In this document: positions 30,428 to 41,207 of the stretch, piece by piece | Numbering within the stretch: the stretch's first letter is position 1 | How the letters are laid out: the number at the start of each line of letters is the position of its first letter | Assembly: GCA_963837955.1 (NCBI GenBank) | Contig: CAWIPH010000002.1 | Location: 1,248,001-1,312,000, forward strand | Reading direction: 5' to 3' | DNA: 64,000 bases | From: an uncultured Verrucomicrobiae bacterium | GTDB taxonomy: Bacteria > Verrucomicrobiota > Verrucomicrobiia > Chthoniobacterales > JAFAMB01 | Notes under the pieces: model-generated | Told to the model about the DNA's origin: nothing | The model's database searches: none | The model's input: the letters and a program-made list of their open reading frames with translations, nothing else | Position numbers and translations under genes: made by a program

Positions 30428-31810
30428 TTACCCAAATAGCCAACGGCAGACCATGACGGCAGCGATGACTCCGACCAGATCAGCCAATAATCCCGCCGGA
30501 ATAGAATGGCGTGTCCGGGTGATTCCGACAGACCCGAAGTAAACGGCCACGACGTAGAATGTGGTCTCGGCGCTTCCGTAAATGGTCGCTGCCATGTAGC
30601 TCAATAGATTATCCGGGCCGAACTGTTTGACCAGATCTCCTAAGATCGCGATGGAACCGCTGCCGCTGAGCGGCCGCATCATGATCATCGGTAGCAGATC
30701 AGTCGGAATCTGGACGGCGTTGAGCAGAGGAGCCAATCCAGTTTTTAGCAAGTCGAGGGCTCCCGATTCGCGAAAGACCCCGATCGCCACCAGCATCCCG
30801 ACCAGGTAAGGAATGATCCGGATTGCCACCTGAAAACCTTCTTTGGCGCCCTCGACAAACTCAGAATAAACGGAGATCCCTTTTCCGAGTGCGTACAGGG
30901 GGAAGAAAGCCAGGAGAAATGGAATGGCCAACGGCGAGAGCGCCCGAAGAAATATCGCGATGGCGTCCAGAAACCCGGTCGGCCAATTCACCGAATTGGC
31001 TGGGTTCCCAGGAATACTGAAATTCGGGAACCAGCTATTGATGAGATACGGAAACGCGCGCAGCGCGAGCGTCACCGCAAAAAGAGCGACCAAGAGGCTG
31101 ATGGCAATGATAGCCCATCCTCGCAGCCTAGGAATACTAGCTGCTCCGGCTGCTGCGACCGAACTGCCTTGGCTATTCTCTGCAGGTAAATCTTGGGCGG
31201 GAGCGACATCGGGTTGGCGTTCCCATCGAAAAGGTCCGACGCGCTCAAGGAGCTTCACAAAGAAGATTGCGGCTAGTGTCGCGATGCCAGTAGCGATAAG
31301 GGTTGACCCGACGATCGCGGTCGGGTTCTTGCTTCCGTTGATAGCGAGGACATTGATGGCGGTTGCCGGAATCAATTGAATAGAACTGGTATTGAGCGCC
31401 AGGAACGTGCACATCGCGTTTGTCGCGACCCCCTTCCTTTGATTTAAATCATTGAGATGTGCCATCGCCTTCAACCCGAGCGGGGTCGCGGCGTTGCTAA
31501 CGCCCAGCATGTTCGCGGAGATGTTCATCATCATCGCCCCCATCGCGGGATGATCGGCTGGAATTTCCGGAAAGAGTCGGCCCATGACGGGTCGGATGAT
31601 GCGACCAAGCATTTGAACTAGCCCGGCGCGCTCGGCCAGACGCATCATCCCAAGCCAGAGAGCCATCACTCCGACCAGGGGGAGAGCGATGTCCATCACT
31701 GCGGACTTTGCGGCATTCAGCGCTCCTTGATTTAGAGCGTCAAACCTGCCAGTGAACGCGGCACAAAGTACACCAGCCAGCAAAAGCGCCACCCAGACCA
31801 GATTGAGCAT
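30428..31810 (-). CDS. SpmA/SpmB fused nucleoside-recognition (Gate) domain membrane protein
   Basis: ANMLGVSNAATPLGLKAM (SpmA) and MRPLSGSGS, ETTFYVVAVYFGSVG (SpmB). Confidence 0.9.
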   Translation of the reverse strand: MLNLVWVALLLAGVLCAAFTGRFDALNQGALNAAKSAVMDIALPLVGVMALWLGMMRLAERAGLVQMLGRIIRPVMGRLFPEIPADHPAMGAMMMNISANMLGVSNAATPLGLKAMAHLNDLNQRKGVATNAMCTFLALNTSSIQLIPATAINVLAINGSKNPTAIVGSTLIATGIATLAAIFFVKLLERVGPFRWERQPDVAPAQDLPAENSQGSSVAAAGAASIPRLRGWAIIAISLLVALFAVTLALRAFPYLINSWFPNFSIPGNPANSVNWPTGFLDAIAIFLRALSPLAIPFLLAFFPLYALGKGISVYSEFVEGAKEGFQVAIRIIPYLVGMLVAIGVFRESGALDLLKTGLAPLLNAVQIPTDLLPMIMMRPLSGSGSIAILGDLVKQFGPDNLLSYMAATIYGSAETTFYVVAVYFGSVGITRTRHSIPAGLLADLVGVIAAVMVCRWLFG

Positions 31811-31986
31811 GATGGCAGATCAAAGAACAAATCACCTCTCTGAGTCGACAAAATCCGGACAGCGGCTGGCTTTCTCTCGCTTTCTCTGCAGAGTGTTCAA
31901 TCGACGGATCTAGCGGTCGACGCGGGTTACATCTACGAAACGGCCTCAAGGGGGGTGGCCTGAACCTACAATAATACCAAACACCT

Positions 31987-32970
31987 ATGCAGATTGGAAT
32001 CATTGGACTTGGGAAAATGGGCGGGAACATGGCTCGCCGTTTGATGCGGCAGAAGCATGAAGTCGTCGTCTATGATCGGAGCGCCGACGCAACTCACGCG
32101 TTGGAAAAGGACGGAGCAACTGGGGCGGTGGATTACACCGATTTAGTCAAGAAATTGACCCCGCCTCGAGCCGTCTGGCTGATGGTTCCTGCGGGCGGTC
32201 CGACGGAAGAGTCCGTGCAAGCGCTGAAACCTTTGCTCGAATCCGGCGATACGATCATTGATGGAGGAAACTCCTACTACAAAGATGATGTGCGCCGAAG
32301 CCGTTCGGTAAAGGAAAAGGGCATCCATTATCTCGATGCCGGCACCAGCGGCGGTGTTTGGGGAATCGATCGCGGATACTGTTTGATGATTGGAGGAGAT
32401 CGCGAAACGGTGGAACGTCTTGAACCGATCTTTGAGACGCTCGCTCCGGGTCAAGGGAATACGCCACCCTCGCCGGGAAGAGAAAAGTATAAGAGCACCG
32501 CGGAAAAAGGTTATCTCTATTGCGGACCCGCCGGGGCCGGACATTTCGTTAAGATGATCCACAACGGAATCGAATATGGCCTCATGCAGGCTTACGCCGA
32601 AGGCTTCGACATTCTGCGGGAAGCGTCATCGGATGCCTTGCCGGAGGGGCATAGGTATGAATTCAATTTGCCGGATATTGCTGAGCTCTGGCGGCGCGGA
32701 AGCGTAGTCGGCTCCTGGCTGCTTGACCTGACCGCGATGGCGTTAGCGGAGGATCCGAACCTCAATCGCTTCACTGGTTTTGTTCAGGATTCCGGGGAAG
32801 GACGATGGACGATTCAGGCAGCAATCGACGAAGCGGTCCCTGCCGAGGTGTTGAGCGCTTCGCTCTTTACTCGGTTTCGCTCACGAAAAGAGCACACGTT
32901 TGCTGAAAAGGTGCTCTCGGCCATGCGTAACAAGTTTGGCGGTCACGTCGAGTCTTTGCCATTCCAATAA
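31987..32970 (+). CDS. gnd: 6-phosphogluconate dehydrogenase (short form)
   Basis: [34 protein letters not shown]. Confidence 0.96.
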   Translation: MQIGIIGLGKMGGNMARRLMRQKHEVVVYDRSADATHALEKDGATGAVDYTDLVKKLTPPRAVWLMVPAGGPTEESVQALKPLLESGDTIIDGGNSYYKDDVRRSRSVKEKGIHYLDAGTSGGVWGIDRGYCLMIGGDRETVERLEPIFETLAPGQGNTPPSPGREKYKSTAEKGYLYCGPAGAGHFVKMIHNGIEYGLMQAYAEGFDILREASSDALPEGHRYEFNLPDIAELWRRGSVVGSWLLDLTAMALAEDPNLNRFTGFVQDSGEGRWTIQAAIDEAVPAEVLSASLFTRFRSRKEHTFAEKVLSAMRNKFGGHVESLPFQ

Positions 32971-32980
32971 AAGTCTTCCA

Positions 32981-34528
32981 ATGAATCCTTGCCAATCAAC
33001 TCCGCGAGCGGGTGACCCTTGCGCCATCGTCATATTTGGGGCATCCGGAGATCTCACGAAACGGAAATTAATTCCTGCACTCTATAATTTGTCTTCGTAC
33101 GGGCTGCTGCCCAACAGGTTCAGCATCATTGGGGTTGCTCGAACAGCGTGGGATGATGACGGCTTTCGAAACCAACTAGGGAAAGATTTGGCGGAGCTTG
33201 GCACGCAACCGGTCGACCCTAAGATCTGGGCCGAATTTCGGGAGCGAATGATGTATTGCCGAGGCAGCTTTGATGATCCAAAGACCTACGAATGTCTAGA
33301 AGAACGGCTGGCGGAATCGGCAAAGAAATTCGGAACGGCCGGGAACGTTTTGTTCTATTTGTCGGTGCAACCCGATTTCTTTGCGGTCGTCCCGAAAATG
33401 CTGGCCGAGCGGGGGTTGATGCGAGAGGAAGGTTGTTGGCGTCGTATCATCATTGAAAAGCCTTTTGGGCGTGATCTGGCTTCTGCCCGAGAACTGAACG
33501 CTAAGCTTACCGCGGTCCTGCAGGAGCGCCAGATCTATCGGATCGACCATTATCTCGGTAAAGAGACCGCCCAAAATCTGCTGGTTTTCCGTTTGGGCAA
33601 TGCCGTATTCGAACCGATTTGGAACCGTCGTTATATCGACCACGTTCAGTTAACGGTCGCCGAATCGATTGGCGTGGAGCTACGGGGCGCTTTCTACGAG
33701 ACAGCGGGCGCCTTCCGCGACGTGATGCAAAATCACATGTTCATGCTCTTGGCCCTCATAGCGATGGAGCCGCCGACCTCGCTGGAAGGCGAAGCCGTCC
33801 GAAACGAGAAGGTAAAGCTATTGGGGGCAATTCGGCGGTGGAAACCCGAAGATGTATTAATTAATACGGTGCGCGGCCAGTACGGAGCGGGCGAAATCGA
33901 TGGCAAGCCGGTTCCTGCGTATCGAGATGAGCCCAATGTAAATCCGAAATCGACCGTCGAAACGTACGCCGCGGCCAAATTGCTCATCGACAACTGGCGT
34001 TGGGCGGGAGTCCCGTTCTATTTGCGCACAGGAAAGAGATTGGCGCGTCGAACCAGTAAAATCGTCGTCCGATTTAAAACTCCGCCGCTCTCGATTTTTG
34101 GATCTGGCGAGAGCGATCCAATCGCCCCGAACTACTTGATTTTCAATATTCAACCCGAAGAAGGAATCATGTTTCAGGTGAGAGCGAAGGTACCTGGGCC
34201 AACGATCACGACCAAGCCAGTGCATCTTGATTTCGATTACAGCCAATTTGGCGAAAGACCGCCGACGACCGGATACGAAAAACTGTTGTATGACTGCATG
34301 GTGGGCGATTCGACCCTCTTTCATCGTTCCGATATGGTTGAGGCCGCTTGGGAAGCCGCGCAGCCAATCCTAGATGCATGGACGGACAATCCGCCGCAAG
34401 ATTTTCCCAATTACGCCGCAGGAACTTGGGGTCCTGCTGCGGCCGACCAATTGTTAGCGCGGGATAACCACAGATGGTGGTACGCGCCAGACAATCGGAT
34501 ACAGCAAACCGGAGGCGTCCGCCGGTAG
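32981..34528 (+). CDS. zwf: Glucose-6-phosphate dehydrogenase
   Basis: GASGDLTKRKL, EKPFG, RIDHYLGKE, WRWAGVPFYLRTGK. Confidence 0.97.
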   Translation: MNPCQSTPRAGDPCAIVIFGASGDLTKRKLIPALYNLSSYGLLPNRFSIIGVARTAWDDDGFRNQLGKDLAELGTQPVDPKIWAEFRERMMYCRGSFDDPKTYECLEERLAESAKKFGTAGNVLFYLSVQPDFFAVVPKMLAERGLMREEGCWRRIIIEKPFGRDLASARELNAKLTAVLQERQIYRIDHYLGKETAQNLLVFRLGNAVFEPIWNRRYIDHVQLTVAESIGVELRGAFYETAGAFRDVMQNHMFMLLALIAMEPPTSLEGEAVRNEKVKLLGAIRRWKPEDVLINTVRGQYGAGEIDGKPVPAYRDEPNVNPKSTVETYAAAKLLIDNWRWAGVPFYLRTGKRLARRTSKIVVRFKTPPLSIFGSGESDPIAPNYLIFNIQPEEGIMFQVRAKVPGPTITTKPVHLDFDYSQFGERPPTTGYEKLLYDCMVGDSTLFHRSDMVEAAWEAAQPILDAWTDNPPQDFPNYAAGTWGPAAADQLLARDNHRWWYAPDNRIQQTGGVRR

Positions 34529-34592
34529 ACTGGCGCGGGATTTAGCAACCTGGGAGAGTCAAGCGAAGGGGCAAGTTCGATAACATCGACGC

Positions 34593-34699
34593 AGTAGCCT
34601 GATGCTCCAGCCTCAGGAGCGCACGCGCCACAGCGTAAAAACGCGAGATCAGGGGCCTTATTGCTTCCTGGGTACCTGAGGCTGAAGCATCAGGCTACT
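34593..34699. repeat. GTAG-type REP doublet (REPIN)
   Basis: AGTAGCCTGATGCTCCAGCCTCAGG ... CCTGAGGCTGAAGCATCAGGCTACT. Confidence 0.8.
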
Positions 34700-34752
34700 T
34701 TGTCAGCCATTGCAAGCTGGCGAGTCCCTGCTTACCTTCTCCCTCTTCGATT

Positions 34753-35943
34753 ATGCCTGAGAGTATTATTTCAGAAGACCGCTGGTCCACGGTTCAGTTC
34801 AGCAACGACGAGATTGCGCGCTATTCACGGCATCTCATCATGCCGGAAGTGACGCTCGATGGCCAAAAGAGACTAAAGGCTGCTTCAATTTTGTGTATCG
34901 GCGCCGGGGGCCTCGGCTCACCCATCGCGCTTTACTTGGGAGCAGCAGGAATTGGGAGAGTGGGATTGGTGGATCCAGATGTTGTCGATTTCTCCAATCT
35001 GCAGCGCCAGATTCTTCACGGAACCAGTGATGTCGGCCGGAAGAAGCTCAATTCTGCCAAAGATCGAATCAAAGCGGTGAACCCGAACGTTCAGGTCGAC
35101 CTGTACGACTGCATATTTACCAGTGAGAATGCGATGGACCTGGTCAAAGATTATGACTTGGTGATCGACGGAACGGACAATTTTCCAACCCGTTACCTTT
35201 CCAACGACGTTTGCGTTTTGACCAAGAAGCCCAATATCTACGGATCGATTTTTCGGTTTGACGGTCAATGCACGGTTTTTGCCCCACATCTGGGTGGTCC
35301 ATGTTATCGTTGCATGTTTCCGGAGCCCCCTCCGCCCGGAATGGTTCCAAGTTGCGCCGAAGGCGGTGTATTGGGGGTATTGCCCGGAGTGATTGGGGTG
35401 ATGCAGGCGATCGAAGCGATCAAACTGATACTTGGAACTGGCGAATCGCTGATCGGGCGACTGATCAGTTTCGATGCATTGAAAATGCGGTTTCGGGAGT
35501 TCAAAGTGCGTAGAGATCCGAATTGTCCGATCTGCGGCGACCACCCCACCATCCATCAATTGATTGATTACGAGCAGTTTTGTGGTTTGCCTCAGGCCGA
35601 CGCCGAGGCGGAGAAGGAGATGGCGGTTCCTGGGATCACCGCGATCGATCTCAAGGCCAAAATGGATCGTAAAGATGCGTTTGTGTTGGTGGATGTACGC
35701 GAGCCATTTGAGTACGACATATGTAGCATCCCGGCCTCCCGCCTGATTCCGCTGGGAGAATTGCCGAGTCGGCTGAGCGAGTTGGATAGCGCCGATGAAA
35801 TTGTGCTCCAATGTAAGAGTGGGGCGCGCAGTGCCCGTGCCCTCCACATTTTGCAGGAGGCTGGCTTTCGCAAGCTTTACAATCTGGAGGGCGGAATTAC
35901 CGCTTGGTCGGACCAGGTCGACCCAACCGTACCGAAATACTGA
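34753..35943 (+). CDS. moeB: MoeB/MoeZ adenylyltransferase with rhodanese domain
   Basis: RYSRHL, GAGGLG, SNLQRQ, CYRC/CPIC Zn motifs, C-terminal CKSGARS. Confidence 0.93.
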   Translation: MPESIISEDRWSTVQFSNDEIARYSRHLIMPEVTLDGQKRLKAASILCIGAGGLGSPIALYLGAAGIGRVGLVDPDVVDFSNLQRQILHGTSDVGRKKLNSAKDRIKAVNPNVQVDLYDCIFTSENAMDLVKDYDLVIDGTDNFPTRYLSNDVCVLTKKPNIYGSIFRFDGQCTVFAPHLGGPCYRCMFPEPPPPGMVPSCAEGGVLGVLPGVIGVMQAIEAIKLILGTGESLIGRLISFDALKMRFREFKVRRDPNCPICGDHPTIHQLIDYEQFCGLPQADAEAEKEMAVPGITAIDLKAKMDRKDAFVLVDVREPFEYDICSIPASRLIPLGELPSRLSELDSADEIVLQCKSGARSARALHILQEAGFRKLYNLEGGITAWSDQVDPTVPKY

Positions 35944-36184
35944 GTCCATTTTTGCGGGGCTGACGGCGAGAAAGTAGCCTGATCCCGCCGTCGCTATAGC
36001 GGGGCATGTTGGTGAGAAGTGATTGGTGAATGGTGGATGCCTATCGGCAAATCCTCAGACAAATCTCCCACCGCCCTCTCACTAATCATTAATCACCATC
36101 GCTGCAGCCCTGAGACTGGCCTGTCCGCCGAAGTTATGGGGTTGCGGGAGAACGAAGGAGGAAGCAGCACCTACTTAATACCTT

Positions 36185-37192
36185 ATGGATTCCGAACTTC
36201 TCTCGTTGTTGCGCTGTCCCCGGACAGGAGGGCGGCTTCGCTTTGCCAGCGTAGCCGAGTTGATCTGCATTAACGCCGAGATCCGAGCTAACCAGGACGG
36301 AAATCAGCAACCGGCCGAAGTTAAGGGCGAACTCGAGCAATCTCTCATTTGCGATTCTGCCAAGTTGTGTTATCCGGTTCGCGACGGTCTGCCGGTGTTG
36401 CTACCGAACGAGGCCTTTGATCTGCCAAAATCGTTGGACTCTTCAATGGCCAAAGTCGAAAAATCTTCCCGCAAGACAGTAATCCTCGACGAGCTGGACC
36501 AAAACAGATCGATCGACCAAGAGGAGTACAGAGTAAGGGTTAAAGAGTACCAATTGGAACTTCTGACCCTGCAGCGCGCGTTGAATGAAAGCAAACACAA
36601 CGTCCTGGTGGTGATCGAGGGTCCGGACGCCGCAGGAAAAGGGGGAGCGATTAAGAGGTTGGTGGAGAAACTAGATCCTCGCACCTACCGCGTCTATTCG
36701 ATCGTCAAACCGACGCAGGAAGAATATGCACACCACTACCTTTGGCGTTTTTGGAACAAGCTTCCTGGTTATGGCGAGATGGTTATTTTTGATCGTTCGT
36801 GGTACGGCCGCGTGCTGGTTGAGCGCGTAGAGGGATTTGCCAGCGGCGCTGAATGGAAGCGGGCTTATCGCGAGATCAACGAGTTCGAGCGCGTATTGGT
36901 TGATGACGGCACGCTGATTGTGAAGCTTTATTTGCACATCTCGAAAGAAGAACAGCTAGACCGTTTCAAACACCGGGAAGCCGACCCGCTGAAACATTGG
37001 AAGATCACGGAGGAAGATTGGCGCAATCGTCGGAAATGGGATGAACACAATGAAGCGGCGCAGGATATGTTCGAACAAACCTCGACGCCGTTTGCGCCTT
37101 GGACCGTCGTCGAAGCAAACTTCAAATGGTACGCGCGGCTGAAAGTTTTGAAAACGGCCATCAAAGCGCTCCAGTCGCTTGACTTGCATTAG
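36185..37192 (+). CDS. ppk2: Polyphosphate kinase 2 family protein with N-terminal Trm112-like domain
   Basis: aa1-80 LLRCP..YPVRDGLPVLL; then EGPDAAGKGG, FDRSWYGRVLVERV, EDWRNR. Confidence 0.85.
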   Translation: MDSELLSLLRCPRTGGRLRFASVAELICINAEIRANQDGNQQPAEVKGELEQSLICDSAKLCYPVRDGLPVLLPNEAFDLPKSLDSSMAKVEKSSRKTVILDELDQNRSIDQEEYRVRVKEYQLELLTLQRALNESKHNVLVVIEGPDAAGKGGAIKRLVEKLDPRTYRVYSIVKPTQEEYAHHYLWRFWNKLPGYGEMVIFDRSWYGRVLVERVEGFASGAEWKRAYREINEFERVLVDDGTLIVKLYLHISKEEQLDRFKHREADPLKHWKITEEDWRNRRKWDEHNEAAQDMFEQTSTPFAPWTVVEANFKWYARLKVLKTAIKALQSLDLH

Positions 37193-37196
37193 CTAA

Positions 37197-38174
37197 ATGA
37201 CGAACGGAACTCTGCCCAAGCAACCCTCGTCCCCTTTAATCTACGGCTGCATGCTGATCGGAGGGAATTTCGACGATACACCTCTCACGGCAGAGGACCG
37301 TAAAGCCGGGCGGGCTGCTGTCGATGCCGCTTTGGAGAGCGGGTTCAATTTTTTCGATCACGCCGATATCTATTGCCGTGGTAAGTCGGAGGAACTTTTC
37401 GGTGAGTTTTTAGCGGAGCAAGCTGCTTCTCGCGACGATCTGATTATCCAAAGTAAGTGTGGAATCTTTCTCCCGGGCCAGCCGGAAGCAGGGCTGCCCG
37501 CTCGCTTTGATTTCAGCTACGAACACATTCTCGAATCGGTCGACGGGAGCTTACGCCGTCTTCGTACAGCGTATCTGGATATCTTGTTGCTGCACCGGCC
37601 CGACCCGCTGGTCGAACCGGAAGAAGTAGCTGAAGCCTTCGATCTACTCCATCGCACGGGCAAAGTGAGAGCATTCGGGGTGAGCAATCATTCGCCGGCA
37701 CAAATTGATTTGCTCCGCACTTACGTCGATCAACCATTGGTGTTCAACCAGATCGAGTACAGTCCGTTGCATACGATTCAGCATGATGCCGCGATTCATG
37801 CAAATATGCGGGTGCCACATTACGGCAATCCAGGAGAAGGAATCATCGAATATTGCCGTGCCAACGGGATTGCACTCCAAGCGTGGAGTCCGCTTGCCCG
37901 AGGGCTGCTCAGTGGAAAACCGTTACCTAAGAATGCCGAGAAACGAATTGCCGCAGCCGCCGAGATCGTAGCCCAAATCGCAGAGGAGCATGGAACCAGT
38001 CGAGAAGCGATTGTGCTCTCTTGGGTATTGCGACATCCGGCCGGAATCATGCCGGTTGTCGGAACAACCAATCCGGAGCGGATTCGCGCATGCTCCGAAT
38101 CGGTTAAGATCGAGCTTTCCCGGATTGAGTGGTATCAGATCTATACTGCGGCGATGGGCCACTCCGTACCGTAG
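37197..38174 (+). CDS. Aldo/keto reductase
   Basis: FFDHADIY, LLLHRPD, FGVSN, QAWSPL, PVVGTT. Confidence 0.92.
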   Translation: MTNGTLPKQPSSPLIYGCMLIGGNFDDTPLTAEDRKAGRAAVDAALESGFNFFDHADIYCRGKSEELFGEFLAEQAASRDDLIIQSKCGIFLPGQPEAGLPARFDFSYEHILESVDGSLRRLRTAYLDILLLHRPDPLVEPEEVAEAFDLLHRTGKVRAFGVSNHSPAQIDLLRTYVDQPLVFNQIEYSPLHTIQHDAAIHANMRVPHYGNPGEGIIEYCRANGIALQAWSPLARGLLSGKPLPKNAEKRIAAAAEIVAQIAEEHGTSREAIVLSWVLRHPAGIMPVVGTTNPERIRACSESVKIELSRIEWYQIYTAAMGHSVP

Positions 38175-38380
38175 AATTGTTCTTATCGAAAATGGAGCCT
38201 GATCATAGGCGCAGAGAACCACACATCTGCCTTATCTTGATGCGCATGACCGGCCGCGGCGGACTCCACGATGCTTCCAAGCCGTAAGATCAATCGCGGA
38301 GTGGGTGATTGGTCCTTTTCGCGAATCTGGCGCAATGGAATCGCCACCGCGAGTAGACTCGCGAGGCGCTGTGCGCCAGT

Positions 38381-38884
38381 TCAAACTCTGGTAGGCAAAG
38401 CGTAAATGACCTGTCTCACGTCCGGGACGGTTAAAGCCAAATTGATGACTGCGATCGCGTCGTCAATCGAGTCGTTCCGAGCGTGAATGGAGACGACTCC
38501 ATTGGTAGAACTCACTTCGAAGCCACTTGCTTTCAGACGCGGCTGGGTTCCGAGCTTATTTAGGACTGTCGAGGTAATGATCGCGTCAGTAGTCAGACCG
38601 ATCGGTTGAAGATTGTCTCTGGCCGAAGTGGCCTGAACGACCAAGGTGCCACTATCCGCACGGAGGAGCTCGCCTCCAACAATTCGCTTGGCGAATTCGC
38701 TTGAAGATACTGCGTTTCCGACCGGCTTTTGCTGTGGGCTGCTTTCCGCGGACCCAGAGGTGTGCTTGACGGTTTCAGGAACTCTCAGACCTCGACTGAA
38801 GGTCGTGCGTTCTGATTTATCATTGGAAGCACAACCGGACAGCAATATGATTAGGCAGAGGAAGATGTTTGCGGATGGGCCCAT
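38381..38884 (-). CDS. BON-domain lipoprotein
   Basis: Lipobox LSGC; TDAIITSTV..VSSTNGVVSI..VPDVRQV. Confidence 0.65.
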   Translation of the reverse strand: MGPSANIFLCLIILLSGCASNDKSERTTFSRGLRVPETVKHTSGSAESSPQQKPVGNAVSSSEFAKRIVGGELLRADSGTLVVQATSARDNLQPIGLTTDAIITSTVLNKLGTQPRLKASGFEVSSTNGVVSIHARNDSIDDAIAVINLALTVPDVRQVIYALPTRV

Positions 38885-39069
38885 GGTGAATGTGTTAGAT
38901 CAGCAAAAACTGTTGGCTTAGACGTGGCCCACCAACGTTTTGTTTACTTATTTTCTTGTGAATTAGTCAGGTGCCTTAGCGATTTGGTCCAGCGAGGGCT
39001 AACCCGAACAACCAGAGATATCTTCGATCACGTCTTGATTCGGGACAATTCTTTGGCAATTGGATAGGC

Positions 39070-40335
39070 ATGTTCAGAAATATCGGGATCGTTTTTCTAA
39101 TGGGGAGTCTCTGGATCGGCTTGGGCGATCTCGTTTACGGCTCGGAAGGGGGTGCGGATCAGCACACGACGCGGGCCGTTCAGCTAGTCAAGGAAGGGAA
39201 GGACAAGGAAGCTCTAGAGGAGTTCACCAAAGCGATTGAAGCCGATCCAAAGAACCCAATGTTTTATCGAAATCGCGCCGCGCTTTATTCTCGATTGAAG
39301 GATTGGGAACACGTCGCTAGCGATTACAGTCAGGTACTTGCCCTTCAGTCAGACGACCTCGCGGCCTTGTTGAATCGGGGAATCGCTTACACCGAAGCGA
39401 AGAAATTCGATGAAGCAGAAAAGGATTTTGCAGCGGTGCTCGCCAAGAAGCCGGACGATCAACGAGCATTGAAGTATCAGGCTTACGTGTTGGCCGCAAA
39501 AAAGGACACCGGTCAAGCGGCAGAGGAATTAACGAAACTAATCGAGCAGAATCCGACCGACACCAAGCTCTATCTCTCCCGTGCCCAGATTTATGGGGCG
39601 GCAGGCCAATGGCAGCAAGCTATCGCCGACTACAGTAAGGTGTTGGAGATGGATCCCAAAAGCGTTGAGGCGCTGACGGCGCGCGGCAATGCTTACATTA
39701 GGCTGAATGACCACGCCAAAGCGATAGATGACCTCACCGCTGTGTTGGCTATTAAGCCGAATGATCGCGATATCCTTTTGCGTCGAGGCGATCTTTATCG
39801 CGAGGATGGTCAATTCGATAAAGCCATCGCCGATTACTCCGCGATCATCCAGGCCAAACCAAACGATGCCGCTGCCTACTCCGGCAGAGGTTACGCGGAG
39901 TTGAAAAAGAATGATAAGGATGCCGCTCTGGCTGATTTCAACAAGGCCATCTCGCTGGCGCCAAATGAGGGCGAATACTACACTGCCCGTTCTTTTATCT
40001 ACATCGCCGAAAATCAGGCTGGGAAAGCAGTAGATGATTTTACCCGATTGATTTCGCTGAAACCAGACGACATAAATTTGTACATCCGGCGCGGGAATCT
40101 GTACGCGCAACTCAGTAAGCTGGACGAAGCAGCGGCTGATTTTGACCAGGTCTTAGCTAAGGATGCGAATAATCCCGCGGCGCTCGCCGGTAAAGGTTTT
40201 GTAATTGCAAAGAAGGGAGACGTCCGCTCCGGTGCCGCTCAGATCCAGAAGGCTTTGGAACTCTCGAAGGATCCCAAAGAACAGGACGACATGCGAGCGA
40301 AACTTAAGCAGTTGGGAGTTGGGCCACAGTTGTAA
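39070..40335 (+). CDS. Secreted tetratricopeptide-repeat protein
   Basis: About 10 tandem 34-aa TPRs after a signal peptide. Confidence 0.92.
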   Translation: MFRNIGIVFLMGSLWIGLGDLVYGSEGGADQHTTRAVQLVKEGKDKEALEEFTKAIEADPKNPMFYRNRAALYSRLKDWEHVASDYSQVLALQSDDLAALLNRGIAYTEAKKFDEAEKDFAAVLAKKPDDQRALKYQAYVLAAKKDTGQAAEELTKLIEQNPTDTKLYLSRAQIYGAAGQWQQAIADYSKVLEMDPKSVEALTARGNAYIRLNDHAKAIDDLTAVLAIKPNDRDILLRRGDLYREDGQFDKAIADYSAIIQAKPNDAAAYSGRGYAELKKNDKDAALADFNKAISLAPNEGEYYTARSFIYIAENQAGKAVDDFTRLISLKPDDINLYIRRGNLYAQLSKLDEAAADFDQVLAKDANNPAALAGKGFVIAKKGDVRSGAAQIQKALELSKDPKEQDDMRAKLKQLGVGPQL

Positions 40336-40403
40336 TGGGCCCACGAGGGCCACGGCTAAATCGGTGGTTGGTAATTGGCGATTGGCAAAGCACACCCAAG
40401 GTC

Positions 40404-40587
40404 GGTAGGGCGAAAGCCTGATACCGTATCAGCGGGATCGGCTTGAGCCGCGCGGGGATCAACCGATGATTCGTTTTTAACAGCAATTCTTAATGCGGTA
40501 CGAAAACTTCAGGAAATCAGCGCGATTGGGCAATTGCAGACGGCTCAAGCCGATCCGGCGCCCGCCGGACCAGGCTTTCGCCCTACC
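40404..40587. repeat. Family-A REPIN (GGTAGGGCGAAA...TTTCGCCCTACC)
   Basis: Terminal inverted repeats and inner TTGAGCCG/CGGCTCAA; same family as 52648-53784, 58686-58802, 62484-62692. Confidence 0.9.
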
Positions 40588-40628
40588 AATCATGACGATT
40601 ACAGCTCACTGATTAGCGATTACCCGCT

Positions 40629-41207
40629 TTATCCGGCCGGATGGATCCCGAATTGGGCCAGCAGTTTGGGGACCGTCTCCATCGGTAAACCGACGACGTT
40701 TGTGAACGATCCGTCGATCCGTTCGATCACCGTTTCCGAGTCAATTTGTGCTGCATAAGCTCCAGCTTTGTGAAGCGGATCGATGCGGGACAGATATTGG
40801 CCGATAGCATCTGCGCTCAACTCACGAAATCGTACTTCGGAACCGATCACGGCGGAGACAGTCCGTCGATCGGAGAAATTGCTGATGGCGACGCCGGTGA
40901 CGACCTCATGGGTCCTGCCGGACAGCCGCGTCAGCATGCCACGGGCTTCGTCTAAATCGGCGGGTTTCCCAAAAACGCTGTTGCCGAGCGCTACCAGGGT
41001 GTCGGCGCCGAGAACCACCGCATCCGGTTCCATCCGAGCAACTGCAAACGTCTTCCGGCACGCGTTCAGTAAAGCCAATTCCCCGGCAGTTAGGAAATCA
41101 ACCGTTAGCTCCACGATAGGAGCCGTCTGAACGACAAATTCATATCTCGCTTCCCGTAATAGACGACTTCGTTGAGGAGATCCGGAAGCCAGAATGAAAT
41201 TTTTCAC
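40629..41207 (-). CDS. maf: Maf-family nucleoside triphosphate pyrophosphatase
   Basis: ILASGSPQR, GADTLV, KAGAY, NVVGLP. Confidence 0.93.
   Translation of the reverse strand: MKNFILASGSPQRSRLLREARYEFVVQTAPIVELTVDFLTAGELALLNACRKTFAVARMEPDAVVLGADTLVALGNSVFGKPADLDEARGMLTRLSGRTHEVVTGVAISNFSDRRTVSAVIGSEVRFRELSADAIGQYLSRIDPLHKAGAYAAQIDSETVIERIDGSFTNVVGLPMETVPKLLAQFGIHPAG

Noticed and set aside
34918..35949. 343-aa antisense ORF
   Set aside because: Shadow of moeB on the opposite strand
40404..40450. Hammerhead ribozyme in family-A arm (GAAA/TGA motifs)
   Set aside because: No CUGANGA core or three-way junction in the required order
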